Below are positions 59,911-64,000 of a stretch of DNA of 64,000 nucleotides, piece by piece; within the stretch, counting starts at the first letter, position 1, and every line of letters begins with the position of its first letter. The translations under genes were made by a program, and so were the position numbers. A model generated the notes under the pieces. That model worked only from the letters and a program-made list of their open reading frames with translations, was not told the DNA's origin and searched no databases. The DNA is taken from contig JBEKKZ010000005.1 in the NCBI GenBank assembly GCA_050010435.1, forward strand, positions 45,544 to 109,543. The letters are read 5' to 3'. Source of the stretch: Verrucomicrobiota bacterium. GTDB lineage: Bacteria > Verrucomicrobiota > Verrucomicrobiia > Limisphaerales > UBA11358.

Positions 59911-62610
59911 TTATTGACCGTTTTCAGACGTCACGGCTTTCAACGGCAAAAAGGCCGGGGTATTCCCGCTGGTTGCGGGTTTTAACTCTGCTTCATCCAG
60001 CCTCGTCCGGTCTCTTTCGTTCAGTATGGTTCTAATGATCTGCCGGTAAGAAGGGGACGCCAAGGCGATCCGGCCCAATTCAAACCCGACTGGCTCGAAA
60101 TCGGGATCCAGTCGGTACGCTTCTCCAAGTTTCTGCAGGGTTTTCTGCGCGATTTCCGGGGTGATTGGCTCATTCCCTAGTTTTGCCCCTTCCAGATTCA
60201 CCTCCATAAGTTTTCCGGCCGCCAGCCAGGTGTTTTTGATGGAGGCATACGCGTTGTCCGCATGCGATCCATCAGGAAAACGAACCAGCGATGGATCCGG
60301 CGGACTCCTGAATTTAAAAAACGCTTCCCAGCTTCTGTTGTAGGATTCCCGCCTGTTCAGATACGCTTCCCGCGGTGCTTGAAAAAGAATATACGGATTG
60401 AGGTCGGTGTTAAGCACGCCCGAACGTGAAAATTCGGACAATCCTTTTGCGTCCGTTACATACTCACCCATGAAATCGTTCACATCGTATATGACATGGC
60501 CGGCCGGTTTATCGCGCTGAAGATTGCGTGTCAGATAATCGATGTCGATTTTCAAAGGATGTCCCGTTTTTTTGCCCACCAAAAGCAGCAGGGGATTGTT
60601 GGCATCGTAGGTGGCCATAAACGCGTGCGATTCGGGAAACACAGTAATGAAGGTGCGGACCAGCGATTTTAGAACGTCGGTATCAAAATTGATGAGCGGG
60701 ACCCACTGGGCCACCAATCCGTCTTCGGTCAGATGATCGCACATGGCGCGAAAGTGTTCCAACGAGAAAAGGCTGCTCGCTCCATCAAGGCTGGGATCAA
60801 AAATGTCGGCGACAATCAGGTCATATTTATCAGGGGAGGCGGAGGTAAATCTGCGGGCATCTGCTTTCACCATACGGACCCGCGGGTCATACTGGACGTC
60901 GAAATTTATATCGCGGAACCAGTGCATCATATCCACGATTTGCGGGACGATTTCCACCGCATCGATCTGTTTCAAGGGATACTGTTTCACGGTGCCGAGG
61001 CCGGTGCCGGTGGCAACCCCCAGAAAGAGCATGCGTTCGGCCTTCGGCTGCAACAGCAGGGACATGTGCCCCAAGCGCATCTCGTTCCATCCATCTCCTC
61101 CGCCCAGCACGAAACCTCGATGTATCATCAACAGCCGCAGCGGCTGTCCCCATATCCCGGTTACACCTTTTGGCCCCAATACCCGCACGGTGCCATACAG
61201 TGTTTCCCGTTTATCCACCAGAATCCACCCTTCAGGTGTGGGATAGGTCTCCAGGTATTTTGAGGAGAAAAAAACCAGAAAAATAATAACTCCCGCGGCG
61301 AGACCAATGTATTCTAATCGCAACGACTTCATTGCATAGAGCCAGGCAAGGAGAAAAACCAGCGCGACGCCGCAAAGCGCCGCCTCGTATCCCCAAAAAT
61401 GGATGACGAACAACCCAAAAACGAAAGGCGCCAAGGCCGACCCCAGCGTATTCAAGGCATAACCTTTGCCGACGGAATATCCAGAAAGCTCTCCCGCCAG
61501 GCGGCTGAACAGAGCGCCCATGAGCATGGTGGGCGACAGGAAAACCAGCAGGGAAAGTATCACCTCGGCCAGAAGGTTTCGAACCAATCCGGACCCCGGG
61601 GGTGTCAGCCAGTCGTAAATCGGCCGGGCAACTGAAAGAATGAGTGTGGAAATGACGATGGAAACAATCAGCCACGCCAGGAGCCGGGAAATGTCTTTTT
61701 CACCGATGACGTTCCGTGCGCGCCGTTGACAGATCCAGGCGCCGGCGGCGGTGCCGAGGAGGTAAACCGCCAGAAGATTGGCAAACGTGTAAACGGTATC
61801 AAAAAACAGCTGGGCCAGGATACGCACCAAAACAACCTCCAGCCCGATCCCCGCCAGGCCCGTGAGCAATAACAACACGTAAACTTCTTTGACGGGCAGG
61901 TGTGTGATCGCCCTTTTTGTGTTTTGGTGGCTGGCGGGCGCATCGGGTTTCACCACCGAAGGCAAATAGACGCTCCGATGCCAGCCATACGCCAGCAGAG
62001 CGGCGATGATTCCGATCAGCGACAACCATGCGGCTCCGGTTGCCATGCCGCAGGAAGGAAAAATAAAATAGATGCTGATGAAGACTCCCAGCGTGGCGCC
62101 CAACGTGTTGGCAAAATAAAGGCGTCCCAGATTTTTCGCGCCGGCTTCCGCTGCCTGAACGCGCCGGCGGGCCTCCGAGACATACGCCAAGGTGGCTCCC
62201 ATGCAGAATGTGGCGGGCAGCAAGGCCAGGCCCGAGACAAGCAAGGAGAGTCCCAAGGCGATGAGGCGGTCATTGTCTCCCGCCAAAGGCCCGATCAGCG
62301 GGGGAAGGGTCCGAGCCAGCCACAGTAAAAAGCGAGGGCTGCCCCAGGCATATACAGCCGTAAAGAGTTCGAGAAGGGAAAAAAACACCGCGGGATTTTT
62401 TGCCTTGTGCGCGTGATTGTTCAGGCAATACGCTCCACCCACCATTCCCCCGAAGAACCCGGCCAGCACGCCCAATACGCCCATCATCTCACTGCCCAAT
62501 GCCAGCGACAACAGCCGGGTCCAGAGCAATTCATATCCCAGCGCGGCAAAGCCGGAGAGAAAAAATGCCAGCAGAAGGAGACGGTCGGAAGTCGAATGTC
62601 GGTTAAACAT
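59911..62610 (-). CDS. Fused polytopic (MFS-like) membrane domain / spermidine-synthase-like protein
   Basis: 899 aa; about 14 TM helices, then a SAM-fold region LFLGVATGTGLGTV...IDAVEIVPQIV...YDLIVADIFDP as in aminopropyltransferases, then a helical C-terminal extension. Confidence 0.7.
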   Translation of the reverse strand: MFNRHSTSDRLLLLAFFLSGFAALGYELLWTRLLSLALGSEMMGVLGVLAGFFGGMVGGAYCLNNHAHKAKNPAVFFSLLELFTAVYAWGSPRFLLWLARTLPPLIGPLAGDNDRLIALGLSLLVSGLALLPATFCMGATLAYVSEARRRVQAAEAGAKNLGRLYFANTLGATLGVFISIYFIFPSCGMATGAAWLSLIGIIAALLAYGWHRSVYLPSVVKPDAPASHQNTKRAITHLPVKEVYVLLLLTGLAGIGLEVVLVRILAQLFFDTVYTFANLLAVYLLGTAAGAWICQRRARNVIGEKDISRLLAWLIVSIVISTLILSVARPIYDWLTPPGSGLVRNLLAEVILSLLVFLSPTMLMGALFSRLAGELSGYSVGKGYALNTLGSALAPFVFGLFVIHFWGYEAALCGVALVFLLAWLYAMKSLRLEYIGLAAGVIIFLVFFSSKYLETYPTPEGWILVDKRETLYGTVRVLGPKGVTGIWGQPLRLLMIHRGFVLGGGDGWNEMRLGHMSLLLQPKAERMLFLGVATGTGLGTVKQYPLKQIDAVEIVPQIVDMMHWFRDINFDVQYDPRVRMVKADARRFTSASPDKYDLIVADIFDPSLDGASSLFSLEHFRAMCDHLTEDGLVAQWVPLINFDTDVLKSLVRTFITVFPESHAFMATYDANNPLLLLVGKKTGHPLKIDIDYLTRNLQRDKPAGHVIYDVNDFMGEYVTDAKGLSEFSRSGVLNTDLNPYILFQAPREAYLNRRESYNRSWEAFFKFRSPPDPSLVRFPDGSHADNAYASIKNTWLAAGKLMEVNLEGAKLGNEPITPEIAQKTLQKLGEAYRLDPDFEPVGFELGRIALASPSYRQIIRTILNERDRTRLDEAELKPATSGNTPAFLPLKAVTSENGQ

Positions 62611-62939
62611 GGGTCATTTCAAAATTGCATGACAACCGGGATGACAAGGCTCATTCTTCAACAAAAGTCAGTGTCCGCCCTCGCCCCAGGCTGCGCTGCG
62701 AATTTATAATTGTACTTCCGTTTGGGCTTGGATTGCAGACCGGCCGGCCGATTTCTGCGCCATTGTCCGCCGCCGCGCGCCGGCCGCCGGTTCGCTATTT
62801 CATGCCGTTTGCCAGGGATGATCCCGGCATTTGTCATGCGACAAGTTGCCAATCTTCACCGACCCCGGCAAACCTTGAAGGTGTCACCCATTACACGGCG
62901 TCGGTCAACAAATAAAAGCCATCGTTCCCAATATTTGTT

Positions 62940-63929
62940 TCACCGCGGCAGCGGATGGAATGTGAAACGGGCGTGTTGGTTTACCGTTGGATCAATTTTC
63001 ACCGTGTAATAGCCGCCATCATTCAACAGCTCGGTGCCGGACAATGCCGGGCAGAGCCGCACCCGGAACGGCCACCAAAGATGCGCCTCGTGCAGCGCCA
63101 ACGTGACCCGGCGGGCCGTGTGACCCAGAAACCGGATGGGCGGAATTCCCGACAGCATCCGGCTTTTCCACAAAATCAGCCGCGTGTGCAGATGTCCGAT
63201 GATGGTCTGTTCCACCTGCGGCAACCGGCGGCGTACCTGTTCCTCACGCCACAAAAACGGCAGCGCCGTAGGATCGTGACAGAACAACAGCACGCGTTGC
63301 TCCGGTTGGAGCGCGTCGAAGGCGGCGCGGATTTCGGCGAGATGCGTCTCGCGTAATCGTTGCCACTCCGGCCATTCGTCCGGCAGTGCATCAGGTTGGT
63401 TTGCGGGCAGGGCGATGAGGGGCGAGGCCACCCCCAGGAGCAGGTAACGGCCGATGGCCAGTTTCCAGAGCGGTTGCAGACCCAGCTGCTGCGTGGCGCA
63501 ATGCCAACTGGCCAGCCGCATCCCGCCCTTCCCGCCAACCAGGGTTAATTTCCCAAGTTCATGATCGCCGATGGTGAACCGCGCGCGGTCGCCGAATTTT
63601 GCGCGGAGCTTGCCGAGACATTCCTGGGCGCTTTGAAACGACGCCGGGTCGCTCACGCCCACAGACCCGCTATCGCACGGATAATCCCCATTGGCCACGA
63701 GATAATCCAACGGCCCGGTTTCGGCCAGAAAACGGTCGAGTTGCCGTCCCTGGTCGAGCGGATGACGCATCCAGATTAAATGCCGGTAGGCGCGCGTGAC
63801 TGCGCGGAGCAGGGGATTGGCGATGGTGCGATATTCGTAATCTTCGCCGCGGGCGCGCTCGGCGGGGCCGGCGTAATGGATGTCGCTCAAAATGGCGATC
63901 GTGACATCTCCCTGCGCGCGGGTTTCCAT
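62940..63929 (-). CDS. Metallophosphoesterase (calcineurin-like)
   Basis: IAILSDIHYAG, VANGDY, LLFCHDP, IIGHLH metal-binding landmarks; 329 aa. Confidence 0.75.
   Translation of the reverse strand: METRAQGDVTIAILSDIHYAGPAERARGEDYEYRTIANPLLRAVTRAYRHLIWMRHPLDQGRQLDRFLAETGPLDYLVANGDYPCDSGSVGVSDPASFQSAQECLGKLRAKFGDRARFTIGDHELGKLTLVGGKGGMRLASWHCATQQLGLQPLWKLAIGRYLLLGVASPLIALPANQPDALPDEWPEWQRLRETHLAEIRAAFDALQPEQRVLLFCHDPTALPFLWREEQVRRRLPQVEQTIIGHLHTRLILWKSRMLSGIPPIRFLGHTARRVTLALHEAHLWWPFRVRLCPALSGTELLNDGGYYTVKIDPTVNQHARFTFHPLPR
62947..63098 (-). repeat. 152-bp direct repeat partner (3' end of the intact metallophosphoesterase gene)
   Basis: Partner of 59676..59827; the inner 52 nt (63047-63098 vs 59776-59827) are identical. 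Confidence 0.85.
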
Positions 63930-63935
63930 GCGGCG

Positions 63936-64000
63936 TCAATTATTCACCGCCGCCGCATCACGGCTGTTGTTTTGGTCGAGGCAATCGCGGACGGTTTTGG
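63936..64000 (-). CDS. 3' end of an unidentified gene running off the window
   Basis: Open minus-strand frame ...KTVRDCLDQNNSRDAAAVNN* with its stop 6 nt upstream of the metallophosphoesterase start. Too short to identify. Confidence 0.3.
   Translation of the reverse strand, partial: KTVRDCLDQNNSRDAAAVNN

Noticed and set aside
1-64000. A search for rRNA or tRNA genes, integrases, phage genes, IS elements with terminal inverted repeats, and cas genes.
   Set aside because: None was recognised by eye. The only transposase-like gene is the RAYT at 51033..51791. Scanning by eye for tRNA T-arm-like GGTTCGA strings found matches only inside CDSs, without cloverleaf context.

Overview
This is a 64-kb chromosomal segment from a fairly high-G+C bacterium (judged by eye, not computed). 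The likely source is Verrucomicrobiota or another PVC-group lineage. That inference rests on a Minf_1886-type protein and on repeat-derived peptide signatures ([19 protein letters not shown]) that I recall from such genomes. About 55 protein-coding genes are supported, and most are housekeeping: secDF, recJ, infA, ispD, ctpA, tsaD, hrpB, aspC, glgP, glnS, purE, pgsA, bcp, acnA, proS, M16 and M50 peptidases. I found no rRNA, tRNA, CRISPR array, integrase or prophage.

The dominant non-genic signal is a very high load of REP-like stem-loop repeats. There are at least 7 sequence families, most bounded by GTAG...CTAC, and many occur as inverted doublets (REPIN-like). A REP-associated tyrosine transposase (RAYT) gene is present and is bracketed by its own hairpins.

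The most striking observation is that 11 palindromic units sit in frame inside coding sequences:
- recJ, tsaD and proS, one each
- hrpB, glnS and acnA, two each
- an ABC-2 permease, one
- the RAYT gene itself, one

This resembles Rickettsia palindromic elements.

Other points worth a second look:
- a lower-G+C, roughly 4.3-kb four-gene cassette (plus one neighbouring orphan gene) bracketed by direct composite repeats next to glnS
- five copies of a module that carries the start codon and first 17 codons of a tfoX-like gene
- a candidate -1 frameshift site (A8 run, 7-nt spacer, stem-loop) joining a zinc-ribbon ORF to a membrane ORF
- a translationally coupled gene pair with MotA/ExbB-like and MotB/ExbD-like features, a long coiled coil and a trypsin-like domain
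- hairpins built from tandem 7- or 8-mers
- a 152-bp direct duplication of a metallophosphoesterase 3' end bracketing a fused MFS/spermidine-synthase gene

All coordinates were derived by hand from the printed sequence and the ORF track, and repeat boundaries may be off by a few nt. No database search or computation was possible, so every homology call is recognition from memory.
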